The notes under the pieces were generated by a model. That model had not been told where the DNA came from. It did no database searches and was given only the letters and a program-made list of their open reading frames with translations. A stretch of DNA of 64,000 bases, taken from contig OZ176054.1 of assembly GCA_964247055.1 (NCBI GenBank), positions 3,038,001-3,102,000 of the forward strand, read 5' to 3'. Made by a program: the position numbers and the translations under genes. Below are positions 23,767 to 37,600 of this stretch, in pieces (within the stretch, counting starts at the first letter, position 1; every line of letters starts with the position of its first letter). This stretch comes from Paragordius varius (Eukaryota > Animalia > Nematomorpha).

Positions 23767-26700
23767 TATAAATTATTTTTGTATACTTAATAATATTTAT
23801 ATAATAAAAGCTTTTTAAATTATGCAATTACACATTTTATATGGACAATTGACTAATATATTCGGTTAAAACAAATCCGCTCAGTACAAATGAACTAGAT
23901 CGATTAGCTTAGATTGGATAACCGCCGTTGCGCTAAAGTATAATATAATATAGCAAAACAAATATTTACCAAAAGTTGTACATTAATTCATTCGATACAA
24001 CTTATTTGAAGACTACAAATCATTATTGACTATAAGATATTGAATAAAATATCTTGTTTTTTGATTATTGTTGATGCTACAAATTCGCATGTCCAGCTTT
24101 GTAAATATACCACTGTGTTTTAAAAGCACTTTCTTTTTTATAAAAGGTTCCCATAACGCATATTTTGGTTTATAGCTCCGTCACTATTTTTTACATTGTG
24201 CACAAAATCGGAGATTATAAAAATATTTAGATGAAATATGTATTTTCTGAAAGGTCAATCTATAAGCTTATGGTGCTGGGCCTTATATGTGATTTAGAGA
24301 GTTATTACCACTTTTATGGTAATTGCTCAATCTTAAAAATCGTAAAATTTGCGAATATTAGGGAAAAAAAATTAGGTGAAAGTTAAACGCTTTATTCCAA
24401 AAATATCGTTAATACATATATATATATATATATATATATATCATAAATTATATTTAAGATGACTAATCTTTTCGCTTTTATCGACATCTAAAAATTTTAT
24501 AACGGGATACGATCTTTTAAGTTAATCATAGGTAGAAATTCGATATTTGTTTTCGTTGCCTAGTTCTCATGTGCGACGCTATCCCTTCATACGGAAGTAT
24601 CCATGCCATATTTACGATTATTAAAATTGTAATGGGCTATTCAGGTCTCTTTTACAGCCAAAAAAACTCAATCGACGATTTTCCAGTTTATATACAAATT
24701 TTCTGTTACAAACATTTTAATTTTTTTTGTTATAACAAACATTTTAAATTTTGATGCATAAAAAATAGCCCATAACTGTTTCCTACCTATGGCCCCGTCG
24801 GACTTGCCTTTCAACTAAATAATTATTAAATACAGTCATTATTAGACTAATTTTAATACATTAAGAGGCAGCTAACATATTCATTAATTAACCATCCAAT
24901 TTTGCTCCTTATGCGGAGAAATTTTGGTGGCGAAGAGTACCGGTATCAAGTCAAGTTCCCTTCAAATCAATAATGCAATTACAGTCTTTACACTAATGAT
25001 TTCAATATTAAGGTTCACCTAATATATTAATTAATTAATCAGCTTTGCTACTTATACTGAGATATTAAGGCGCTCAACTGTATCGGCATCAAGTCGAGTT
25101 TCTTTAATTTAATATATAATAGTATTTTACAGTCCTACCCTACCAAATACCTTATTTAAAATACAGCTAACAAGCTGATTTTGATATCCATCAACCATTT
25201 AACTAGCTTACTTATACCCAGATTTTTGGTTTTGAAGGGTATAGATCCCAAGTCGGGCTACATTACATATCTCAATTACAAAATGTTCCATCAAAATAAC
25301 AGGCAAATTTATTACAAAACAATAATAAATAACAATTTCATTTTCACTCACAAGCCTTTTTCTTTATTGAATGCACACCCAATATGAACCATAATTTGGC
25401 GAGTTTCACAAGAAGCCAATGAAGTCGTTTATAATATAGTTTAATGTTTATAATTATTATTTCTAAAGCAATCAATGATCACAAAAATCATTTTGTAATT
25501 AAATATTTTTGGGTTGTCGGGGATAAAATCTATGGCGTAAGAAAAAACTTTTTTATCCGTATCTTGTAGAGTGCCAATAGCAAATATAACTTAAGTAAAC
25601 TATAAATTTTTATTATTATCGTTCAAATTTTTTTAAACTAAATGTGCGTGTCACGAATTTCTACTATTTAACACTTCATTATTTTATTTTTGACAATAAT
25701 AGATTGGGGTAGTTTTCTACCCCACAGCTTAAAGTATCAAACAAACGATTGTTTTGAAAGTTGTTTGGGTACTTTAATTATCAAACCCTTTTCTCATATT
25801 AGATAAAAAAATTAGGATTGTTGCAGTTTTTTAATCTGGGGTCCCAAATTTAGATGACCCAAACGATTGAAACGAACCGATATTTATTCCAATATATATA
25901 AGGTGACCAGATTTTTTGAAGGAAAAAGCGGGACAAATTCAGGGGGGGGGGGGTCATTGGGGGGTACAACCAAAAAATTTTATACAAAAAATTTATTGTA
26001 ACATTTATTTATTTTTAACACAAATATATAAATATAAAAAAATTTGTACCTTACAGGTTGTTTGTACCTTATTCATAAAATTACATGTGCACGAACAAAG
26101 GGTGAAGTGATTGTAATATTCTAGAAAAAAATAATAAAGACGAAATCATCACAAAGTGCGCTGGGTGATGCAAGAAGCGGCACAAAAAATATTTTTAACA
26201 ATTTAGCGAATAATCTTAATCAAAACATTATTAGCAGATACACAACGCTATTCAAACAGCTACTGATTTGTTACCCCTGGATGTGGAAAATATAGATGTT
26301 AAAATGCTTGAATATTTTAGAACTGTTGGTTAGCTCTTTTGCCAGCGATTGAAATTTTATAAAAATGTGATCTCCTAGAATCCTATTTTTTACAGGAAAG
26401 GTCAAAATTCCAAGTCAAAAAAGGTTAAAAAATAATTTTATACCATTACCTAATCGCAATATTATAAAGCATCCATAAAAACAAGGCTCAATGAATAGCC
26501 AGAATATAAAAATGTTTACAAACAGAAACGATTATTTGGAAGACAAGACGGTGCACAATGACACTTTTTTATGAAGTCTCATTATTAAATAAATATATTG
26601 AATGAAAACTTATATTATGGACAACAGAAAAAAATAGGTAGGATAGAAATGGTTAAAATAATCATTTTTAAACAAATTATGTTCCATACAATAATATTTT

Positions 26701-26819
26701 AATTGTAGAATTTGCATTATCTTTACCTGAACCACTGCTATTGAACGCGTTTTTCCACAGTAAATTAAGTAAGGATACGGAATCAAATTTAAATGTTGAA
26801 TAAAAGCCATTTTATGTGT

Positions 26820-28707
26820 TCAAATATGATTTGACAAATTATGAAGACTTATACAATATTTCAAGTAATTTTGTTTATTTTTTAACATAAAAACTTTATG
26901 AATATAAGAAAATATGGTATATTTTTTGTTTGAGTGAATGCGTTTTAGCAGATTGTCATCATTTTTTAAAATATTGTAGAAGTCTTCACAAGAATTTGTC
27001 AAATTATATTTGACAGATAAAACGGCCTTTAAAGTTTCAACATTTAAATTTGATTTTTCCGATGTCCACACCTGATTTACTGTGGAAAAAACGCGCTCAG
27101 TAGCAGCGTTGGTTCCAGGTAAAGATAGTGCAAATTCCACAATTTTTAAAATATTATTGTATGTAATATAGTTGGCTTCAAAATGATGAAATATTTCCAG
27201 CCATTTCTTTTCTACTGTTTGTTTTTCTTTTGTCCATAATTTAAGTTTTTCATTATTAATATATCTTTTAACTAATGATACTTCACAAAAAAGATTATTT
27301 TCTGAAAGATAACTTTTTGAGAATTTTTGGGAGCAGATATAATCAAATGATTTTTGAACATCGCACCAATTATCTGATTTTAATCTTATCCAATGAAAAT
27401 GATTAATTTCATTGAATTACGTCGTCCTGTCTTCCAATAATCTTTACAGTTTGTATAAAACATTTTTATATGGTACAGGATATCTTGGCGATTTATTAAG
27501 CCTTGTTTTTCTAAATTATTTATTATATTGCGGATGGTTAATGGTAGAAAATTATTTTCTAACCTTTCTTGACATTGGAATTTTAGGTTACTAACTTCAT
27601 TGGCTATTTCGATTGCCGAAATTTTGTCACCTTCTATAAATTTAATAACATTTTGAAAGAGAGAAGCTTGATTATGTAAGAATACTAACCATATTTTTGA
27701 AGAATCACTTTCAAAAAACTTTTTTAAAGTTTAGGATCATACAATTTTAAAATTCTTTTGATAGCTGGCATGAAAGCTAACCAACGAGTTTTATATCCAA
27801 GCATTTTTTAATATTGAACTTCTGCATTTTCACAAAATTCTTTAAGCGTTTCAACACGTACCGTGTATATATAAAAATAGGAATATATTTTAACAACTAC
27901 ATTTTCCACATCTAGGGGTAGCAAATCAGCAGCTGTTTGAATAGCGTTGTGTATTACATGCGCTGCACACCCAACGCCAATAATGTTTTGATTAAGATTA
28001 TCTGTTAATTTATAAAAAATATTTTTTGTTCCCCTCCTTGCTTTTCCACCAAAGTTCGTATTGGTTTTGTCAGCGCAATATGCGATAATTTTGTCTTTTG
28101 AATTATTTTTTTCTAGAATATTCATTATTGAAGTAAAAATTATGTCGGAATTTTCACCGGGTAGAGAAATAAAATCTAAAATTTTGTTTTTTAATCCGGT
28201 TTCTGGATCAAAATATCTTAGTGAAGTTGAAATAATTTTGTTTCCTAGTGATTTGATGCAGAGTATAGCGATGTGAAGTTAATTTTCAGCAAATCTTTTT
28301 GTATTTCAGAAAATGCATGTGGCGAAAGGACATTGCATACAATGGTTTCAGCCTTTGTACGGGCACATGTAAAATTTTTATTGTAAGGTACGAATAACCT
28401 GTGAGGTACAATCCATAGATCTAAAAGAATGATTGTGATTAACGGCGTGAAAAGATAAAACGCCTTCCGCTAGTGCTAAATTCTTTTCTTCCTCTCCAAA
28501 AGCGGTTTTTGTATAAAAATCGCTTATTTTCTAAGATGATGCCGCCTTATCTAAACAATTTTTATGTTTCTGTGTTTCCATATGCTTTGTAATATCGTGC
28601 TTGCCGCTATAAGACATTTAACAGATGATTCATTCTTCGTTTTTTTTAATAAAAGGAAAATCTTTCATTAATTCATCGTTGAATTTACAACCTCTTTTTG
28701 TGCTCAT
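26820..28707 (-). pseudogene. Decayed hAT transposase
   Basis: Starts MSTKRGCKFNDELMKDFPF; contains CAAHVIHNAIQTAAD and the dimerisation segment LSLPGTNAATERVFS...EKSNLNVETL; several stops and frameshifts. Confidence 0.92.
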
Positions 28708-28720
28708 ATTTATAAACTAC

Positions 28721-28985
28721 TATTAGTATAATAAATATTATATTATCTTAATTTTCTGGAATAAACGTAAGGTACCGATTTGTGGCATCAATTTGTCTTT
28801 TAAGTTACAGATTTGTGGTATTAATTTGGCTTTTTAACAATGTTGGCAAGTAATAAAACTAAAGTATTAGTATAATAAATATTATATTACCTTAATTTCT
28901 GGAATAAACGTGTAAGGTACCGATTTGTGGTATCAATTTGTCTTTTAATCTAGAGATTTGTGGTATTAACTTAGCTTTTTGATAA
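28721..28985 (+). repeat. Two-copy 144-bp tandem duplication upstream of the hAT transposase
   Basis: TATTAGTATAATAAATATTATATTA... starts at 28721 and 28865; each unit holds two GATTTGTGG(T/C)AT(C/T)AA motifs. Confidence 0.9.
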
Positions 28986-29577
28986 TGATGACAGTAGTAG
29001 TAGGAAGGAAAGTATATAATCATATGATATTAATTCGAAAAAATAAATATTAATTTAAAAATAAAAAATTTTAATTTAAAATTTATATAGATATTAAAGA
29101 TATTTAATGATTTAAACGGATAAAAAATTTATTTGTATTAAAAAAAAATTTTTTTTATATAATCGTTAAAAAGCGGGACATTCTAAAAACGTAGCGGGAC
29201 GCGGGACAAAGTGTGAAAAAGCGGGACGTCTGGTCACCTTAAATATATATCAAATATTTGTCAATTGTAATTGGAAAGCTTTTTAAAGTTAATTATTTAT
29301 ATTTTTCAACCATAATATACATTTATTTGCCTGCTGAATTCACGATTAAAAAATTAAAGAAAAGGCAGCGAAATTTGAGGTGATGATTTTTTATAATTTT
29401 ATAATTGGTAAAAAAAATTGTACCATGCGCCTAAAAGGCTAAAGAAAGCATAATTTTAAATTTGGCCCAATTCTAAAAATATTTTTTGAAATATATTTTG
29501 AATGGCTTTGACGTGCCCCAAAAGGTCATGAAATGTTAAATATATGCATTGCGTCATTGGGGGCTATTTAAAAGATA

Positions 29578-29623
<46 letters not shown>

Positions 29624-29998
29624 AGAAAATGTTTCAGGATTATCATGGATCTTTATTGGCCTTGCGAAGGATTAAAAGTTAGGAATACTTTTGTGGTAAT
29701 TATTCCATTATATAAATTTTCTATGATGAAAAAATATATTAGTTTATATTATTTATATTTTTATCAAGGTTTTAGATGTGAAAAAATGAATATTTTGTTC
29801 AGTAAAATCATTTTCGGCAAAATTTGTTAAGTACTTTAGATATTCTAACGCATCATTAAAAAGTTGTAATTCTGTCAGAATGATCGCACTTTTTCTACAT
29901 GATTCGACATGGATTAAAATATTCCTTAGTGTTCAAAATTATGTTAAATATAAATTATATTTATATTCACCCAAACTGGATAGGAAACAAACCATAAA

Positions 29999-30560
29999 CA
30001 CTTCGATTCAAATTGGGGTATCTAAATACTCCAGACTAAATTTAAGTTAGGATTTTTAAAAACTACTGAGGGAAACGCCAATTTAAATTTATACTTCTAT
30101 CCTAATAAAAATTATAAAAATATACCAAAATATCTAAATAAAATTTTGGTTTGAAAAAAAAGTTCCATGTCAAACTACTTCGACGCCATTTTGCAAAATA
30201 TCGTCTTTATTTAATTTTAAGGGTAAATTTAAAGCTAATTTATTATTTTAATTACATCTAACAATAATACAAATAGAAAAAGCGGTTTATTTTGTATTAT
30301 TTTTTAATTTTACCATTTAACACATGTTACTTTGACAAAATTTTTACCTTTGAGTTTTGGCTTAAAATAAGTAATATCAAGTATTTTTGAATAAATTTTT
30401 TTTATATTTCGGTTTATTAATGCTATATAAGTGCAAAATTTTGCCATATTTTTTATTTCTTCCATATTTTTTAAAGAATTTAATTTTAAATAGGCCTGGG
30501 GTATCCAACTACCCCAATTTGAATCGAAGGATACTGAAATGATTGTGTTGTATCCAACTG
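29999..30560 (-). mobile_element. piggyBac-type MITE
   Basis: Collinear with 3600-4174; right flank TTAA. Confidence 0.88.
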
Positions 30561-31433
30561 TTAAATTAAAAATCTGAAGTATATAGTTCAGCATCCTCGA
30601 TGTATGTAGAAAAAATGTTTTTGTAACATCTTAAACCGTTTTACACCTTTTCGATTATCCCTCAAAATAGGTTAAAGTAGGCTTCCACAAAATTTGCTAC
30701 AAATCAAATTAATGATAAAGAATGGAATTATTAAAATATTTCATTTGGTCAAAATTTAGCACCAATTTATAATTTTATCGTGCTCTCTTGGCTTTTTTGA
30801 ATCTATTTAGATACAACAAGGGCAAAGCAGTCTAATACTTTTGGAAATAAATCTAAAAATTAATTTTATGCTTTTTATTTATAGTTTATTGTATATTTTA
30901 GTGTATTTTATTGAGTGAAACATTTAGCTTTCACCAAAAATTTTATTTACCAAACGGTGTGCAATTTTGATATTTTTTGATATGGAGCACTAACCAAAAA
31001 ATTTAAATATTTTTTAAATCACTCATAAAGGCCGACACCCGAAGAACCTTATAAATCATGATAGATTTGCCTATCAGAATATATATATTTCACCAAAAAT
31101 TTTTTATGAAAACCGTATAATGATATTTTTTGGTAAATCATTTAGCTTTTGCCAAAATATTTTTATATATGATATGCGCTAATTTTGCGAATTGCTATAT
31201 TTAGCAATTACCACAAAAATGCAAATTTCTTATCAAACATACGCCCTAAATCAAAAGAATCATGAGAGTCCTGATACCATTATCTATTTATCAGAGTATA
31301 TATTTTTATTAATATATATTATTCACCCCTGATTTTAAATTCAATGTGCACAACACTGTGCTAGAAACTTAAAAGCTAATTTATTTATTTTTTAATTTTA
31401 ACATCTAAATTCATATTGTGTTACTTTGTGGCA

Positions 31434-34400
31434 ATGCCCAGCATACGAGACTCAAGCGAAAGTAAATTATTTTTATTAAATTTAGGACATCACTCATCGA
31501 AAAAGAAACATAAAAGACATTATGATCGAGATGATGATAGGGACTATAGGAATAGTGACAGAAAAAAGCGACGTTCTAGCCGCGATAAATATAGGAGAGA
31601 CCGTAGCTCTAGTCGTGATCACAAATATGATCAAAGGTTTTAAATTTATTTATTTACAAATATTTTATGCAATAATTTTAAATAATGTTTGTTAATGCAA
31701 GTGTAATTATAAATAGTGGTTCAGGTGCATTTCCTCAACTTGTTGAATACAAAGGTCAGACTAATGACCAGCAAGTCAATGCTTTCCTAAATAGTTTGGC
31801 TAGTAGTGTAATGAAAATGCCAGGAACAGCGCCTGATAAAAAGGAGAAGAAACCCCGAAAGAGTCGTTGGGAAAATGAAAAAGCTAATGTTAGCGTTCCT
31901 ACCGTTCTCCCATCAAACTTGACGCCTGATTTGGAAAAGGCATTTTTGCGTAATTTTTTGGAAACTTCTCTTTTTTATAATACAAAACTCATATGCTTTT
32001 GGTTATACAAATATAACATAACTTAATTAATTTAACTGTTTTACCCTTTTTATATTTTACTCACTATTTACAGTTCAGTTACAAGTTGAAGAAATTGGGA
32101 AAAAACTGATTTCAGGGGATTTTAGCGCTGATCTTAAAGACGACAAAAGGTATAAATTTATTAATTTTTTATTATTGTTTTCTTAATATATTTTTAGCTA
32201 GCTTATAGGTTGGGAAACAATGATCAAACTTTATTAATTTCAATCCTATGTCTAATCATTTTATTTAGGCAAAATATATTTTACAGAATAATTTTTAGAT
32301 ACGGTTCTCAGGTCCTAACATACAACCCATTTTTACTGTACTTTTATTTTTGCAGTTTTAATCAAATTTAGTTTTTTAGGTGATGCCCATCCCTCTCCTA
32401 TATCTCTTATTGAGAATGAGTTATAAATATGCTTAATTCTATTTAAATATTAATCATTTTTTAGATAATCGGTTCCAAATATCAAATTTATAATTAATTA
32501 TATATGTATGTATATGTATGGCATTTGTAGATCCCCATCACCTGAACCTATATATAACAATTTAGGTGTTAGAGTTAATACGCGAGAATTCAGGCTTCGC
32601 AAAAAGTTGGAGGAACAACGTTATGCCATGATTGCGGAAATCATTAAACTTAATCCAGATTACAGACCACCACTGGATTACAGGTAGTTAGTTTTTATAT
32701 GATGACTGTTTTTGAAATTAAACACATCTTTTCTGACAACAGTATAATAAAATCATATTTTTATAATTAAAAATACTACGTCATTATTGTGCGTGAAATA
32801 CATTTAGTTTTATATACCTTCATGCGCGTAAATAGTTTGCAACATACAAATAAATGTTAAAAAGATTAAGCTTGCTATTAGTGCCAAAAAAACCAATTTG
32901 GAAAAAAGTACGAGAATTTGGTATATTCAAATTGTAAAATTTTAAAATATGACACGTTTGTAATGATACTATGCAATCAAAAAAATATGTTTCTAATTTT
33001 TTTGTTTTTACTGTACTTAAATTTTGGTAATTTTCTGGGTGTTTTTAGTCAATTTACGGTCATACACTAACAGTTGAAGGGTTTAACTTAAAAAATTAAA
33101 GTAGATTTGAAATTATTTTAATTTTAATATTTAATAATTTTGATTATGTTAATGAATAACGATTTCATGTTCAGAAATCGATGTATTCAGCTATTATTTA
33201 ATCTATCGGATATGACATTTAGCAGAATCTTTTTTCCCTATACCTAATTTAAATTTATTTTATACGAATAGTTTACTTAAAAAAATTTGTTTTTTTTTGA
33301 TAAGTAAAAAATTTGGGTTTTAATCGCGAAAAACTTAAATTTTTGCACGATTAGTAAAGAAAAAATCTCCTTATTATTATGATTCTCGTATATTTAGACC
33401 ACTTCAAGCCAAATATATCGATAAGGTATGGATACCTCAGGATAGCTTTCCTAGTGTTAATTTTGTAGGACTTATTATTGGACCACGAGGGAATACCCTA
33501 AAACAATTGGAAAAAGAGGTGTGAATCAGTTTTTGAAAATTTTATTTTTACCATTAACTTATATTTAAGAAATTATATGATGTTTTTTGAATAATTTTCA
33601 ATATCAGTTTTTGAATGGTAAAGCTTAATAATATAAGTTTTCATAATATTATAATAATTTATTATTCTTTCCCCTAAATGTTAAATTATTACATTATCTC
33701 AACATGAAATCTCTTTAAAATGCGAAAATATCGTGAGAAACACTTTAAAAATTTGAACTTTTCTACATTTCTTTATGCTTTAGACTGGAGCTAAAATAAT
33801 TATTCGTGGGCGCGGTTCCATGAAGGACGGAAAAGCTGGGCGACCTGATGGGATGCCCTTACCAGGGGCTGATGAACCACTTCATGCTTACATAACTGCA
33901 ACCACGGAAGATTGCTTGAAAAAAGCTATGGATTTAGTAATTAAAATTATATTTAATCTTTAAACATTTAAATTAGAAAACTGCAGAGACAATAATTGAA
34001 ATTGTAAGCGTTTTTGTTTGTCGTTTATTTTTTTTTAAACATTTTAACCGCGATATACTTATGGATGTTTGGTGGAAAAAATGGTGTGCCTATTCATATA
34101 TAATTTGGATAATTTTAATTTTAGTTTTAGACTTTAAGGTTAGCTTTTTATGTAAAATGCACATGGATAGTTGTAAATTCAACATATAACTGATAAAAAT
34201 TCGCACGATATCTGAAAATTTAAATTTATATTTTTTAATACAGTAAACATTGGAAAAATGAAAGCCTATTTTGACTACTAATATTTTTAGACGGATTCTG
34301 ATTATATTTTTAAAAAAATTGCTTTTTTGTATAATATAGGTTACCCGAATAGTTAAAGAAGCTATCGAAGTGCCCGAAACGCAAAATGAGTTGAGGAAAA

Positions 34401-34649
34401 ATCAACTCAAACAATTAGCTCTCATAAATGGAACACTTAGGGATGGTAGTGTTCTCTCTATGACAGGAAATAGTTCTGCTAGTATTATGGCCATGATTAG
34501 GTATATTTTAATTTTAAATTTACGGTAAAAATTAAAATTGTTAAATAAAGTGACAAATATTTTTGTATACAGGCACAGTCTTACTTTTTTAAACCATTAT
34601 TTTTAATATTATTTATTGTTGTTGTTTAATACTAAAGTAAATTGATAAA

Positions 34650-34691
<42 letters not shown>

Positions 34692-37600
34692 TTATGTAGA
34701 AATAAAAATATTAAAATTTGGTTTCTAGTTTTTGCGTTTTGTCTGTCCATAATATAAAATTTTACTATATATTAATTTTGTTTCATGATTATCAAGCTTT
34801 TTTTCGATTATAATGTAAGGTTTTAGTTTTCAAGAGACAACCGTTAAAAGTTGCTAGTAAAACCATCAAATAAATGACCAGATTCACAAAAAAATGTTTG
34901 TTTTGCTATTACGTATCAAAAAATATAATTATTTTTATATATACAAAAAATATTGGATATATAAAAATTTAATTAATACAAAAAATTATGTATTCCTATT
35001 TTTCCGATAATTGTGTCAATATAGAAACCGACCACTTTATTTGTTTTTGAACAAAATGTCTATTATATACAATTTTTAATATCCAATATTCTATTATTTT
35101 GAATAAAAAGATATCATAGTTGATTTGAAATCAATATATTTTTATTCAACTACAGTAAAAATTGAAATTACACGGACAAAATGTAAAAATATGTAAAGAC
35201 AAATTTTTTTTCAAAAGACCACCAAATTGTTTTAAACTTTAATTTATCCTATAAAATGCATTTAACAATCGTAAAATACATATTTGATTGTATTTCCAAT
35301 TTACATCTATATTATACTTTGAGTTATATTTAAAAAAATCAAGAATAAAAAAGTATGGTTGTTGAAAAAAATATCTGTCCATATTTTCACGTTTTGTCCG
35401 TATAATTTCAATCTTTACTGTAAGTATCATACAATGGACCATTAGAATTGAAATAATACTGATACAAAACCTAAAAACTAGAGGACAAATATTTTTTTTA
35501 CGAAAACCATTTTTTTCAAACCTTATGTTTCTGTGTAACCTATCGTGTTTTAATGGAATAATTTGAGTTGTTAATTGGTAACACACACTCAATCATACAC
35601 TAAAATATGTGTCTCTCTCTACTTTCTACGTTTTGTCCGTATAATTTGATGATTAATGTTTAAATTCATGAATGAATCAATCAATCAATCATTATTTTTA
35701 CAGTGGAGCCGGTGCGTTGAGGTGTGGTAATTGCGGGAGCGAAGCCCACAAAACTTGGCAATGTCCCGAGGCACCTAACATGACCAGCCAAATAATTTGT
35801 CCCATTTGCGGAGGTGCTGGCCATGTCGCTATGGATTGTAAGAGTGGCGCTGCTCCCACTGGCAACACTACGTTAGATGCTGAAGTAAGAAAGTGATTTT
35901 GATTTGCAAACAACAAATGAAGGGAAACGAACTTTTTGTTTAACACTTTTGTTTAACGTTTTAGAGGAATATGAAAGATGTTTTGGAAAAGGTTTTTTAG
36001 GTGATTTTTACATTTAAGCAGACACTTAAATCACCTTTAAGCATGCACACACACATAATTTAGAAACCAATGTTTTTTTCAGATTCGGATCTCACCCTTG
36101 AAAAATGCATTAATAACTGTGACTCTCAGCTTGTTTTCTTTTATAACTATTATTATATATCACATGATGTGATACAATAGTATAGAATTTTATTTTATAA
36201 TGTGTAATATTCTGTAAAATGTAAATCGCAACAATTTATTGATTTAGTTATGATTATGAATAATAAATATAATTTATAAGCAGTCATTTCTGCTGTTTTT
36301 TTCGGCAAAAAATAAACCCTAATTATTACTCTTCATAAGAAATATACTTTTTCATATTAAAAACTTTGCATTTTTAATTCGTAAATTATACCAAATCACA
36401 CCATAACTTACTTTTATTTTATATTGCCAATAGTATCAATCTCTGATGGCTGAATTGGGTCAAAACTCAGGTGTTTTGGGCATGCAACAAATGCCAGCTT
36501 ACAATGGACCCCCTCTACCTAAACTGGAAAGCATAGCACCACTCGTTAAGAAAGTTATGGAGAAGGGGCCTGCTGGTCTAAGACCTGATGGGACTTCTAT
36601 GGGCACGTGTGATCCTTACTATGGAGCCGGACCATATGTAGTAGTTATAACTTTGTTTTTTATTCTTCGTTTGTGTTATAAAAGTTTTCTTTTTTTTGTA
36701 AATTATAGTCAATTGTGTCCAAATCATTGTTAATATATATATACCATTTACTCTTTATAGACACCTTTGAATATTTTTAATCCCCTAGTTATATTTATAT
36801 GGGCCTAACTATATTGAGATAAAATATTTGTTCTTGACACACTTTGTTATCATTTTTTTCTGTTTTACTTAACACTTCAAATGACACTTAAAAAAGTATT
36901 TTTTTGAACCAAATCTCTTGATTGATATGTAATATTTGTGGCATAATTTATCATTTTTGCTGTTTTAATTTTATTTTCTCAATTTTAAATTATGCCAAAC
37001 ACAAATATTTTTTTATTAAAATCATAAGTTTATTTAGTCTAATGATAGTAATATCTTTTTAATGTTAATTTTATACTTTTTACGGCTAAAATGTTCTTTA
37101 AAGTGATTTTGATTTTATATATATATATATATATATATATGAATTAAAAGTAGAGAAATGGTATAATTTTAAATTTTTTTTGCAAGGGTGGTGGTATGTC
37201 AGGATTTCCGTTTCCCTATGTTGGACCTGTACCACTCATGGCTGGAGCCTATCCTGGAATGTAAAAAAAAATTATTTTTGCAAAATATTTTTTGTTAAAT
37301 TTGATCCTGTTTAAATATATTTATATGTATATTAGGCCAGGAATGGATCCAAATAATCCTATGATGCAACCTTGGATGATGGCTGGTGGTAAGATTTTAT
37401 ATAATTTCTATACAATTTTTTCGGTTTTTCGTTTTGAAATATTTTTAGAAATATACCATCTTTGTTAAAAGGGGTGTCATTAATTGATTTTTTGATTTAT
37501 TTTATTATTAATATTTCACTAATTTTAAAATTATATATTTTCGTTATTATTTTGTTTAATAACTGTGCACATTTATATTGACCAATTTTATATTATAGCC

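Larger units (their letters stand above)
25899..29241 (-). mobile_element. hAT DNA transposon, Blackjack-like, 3343 bp
   Basis: 13-bp TIR TAAGGTGACCAGA at both ends; subterminal GCGGGAC repeats; perfect 8-bp TSD AATATATA (25891-25898 and 29242-29249); internal decayed transposase. Confidence 0.95.
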
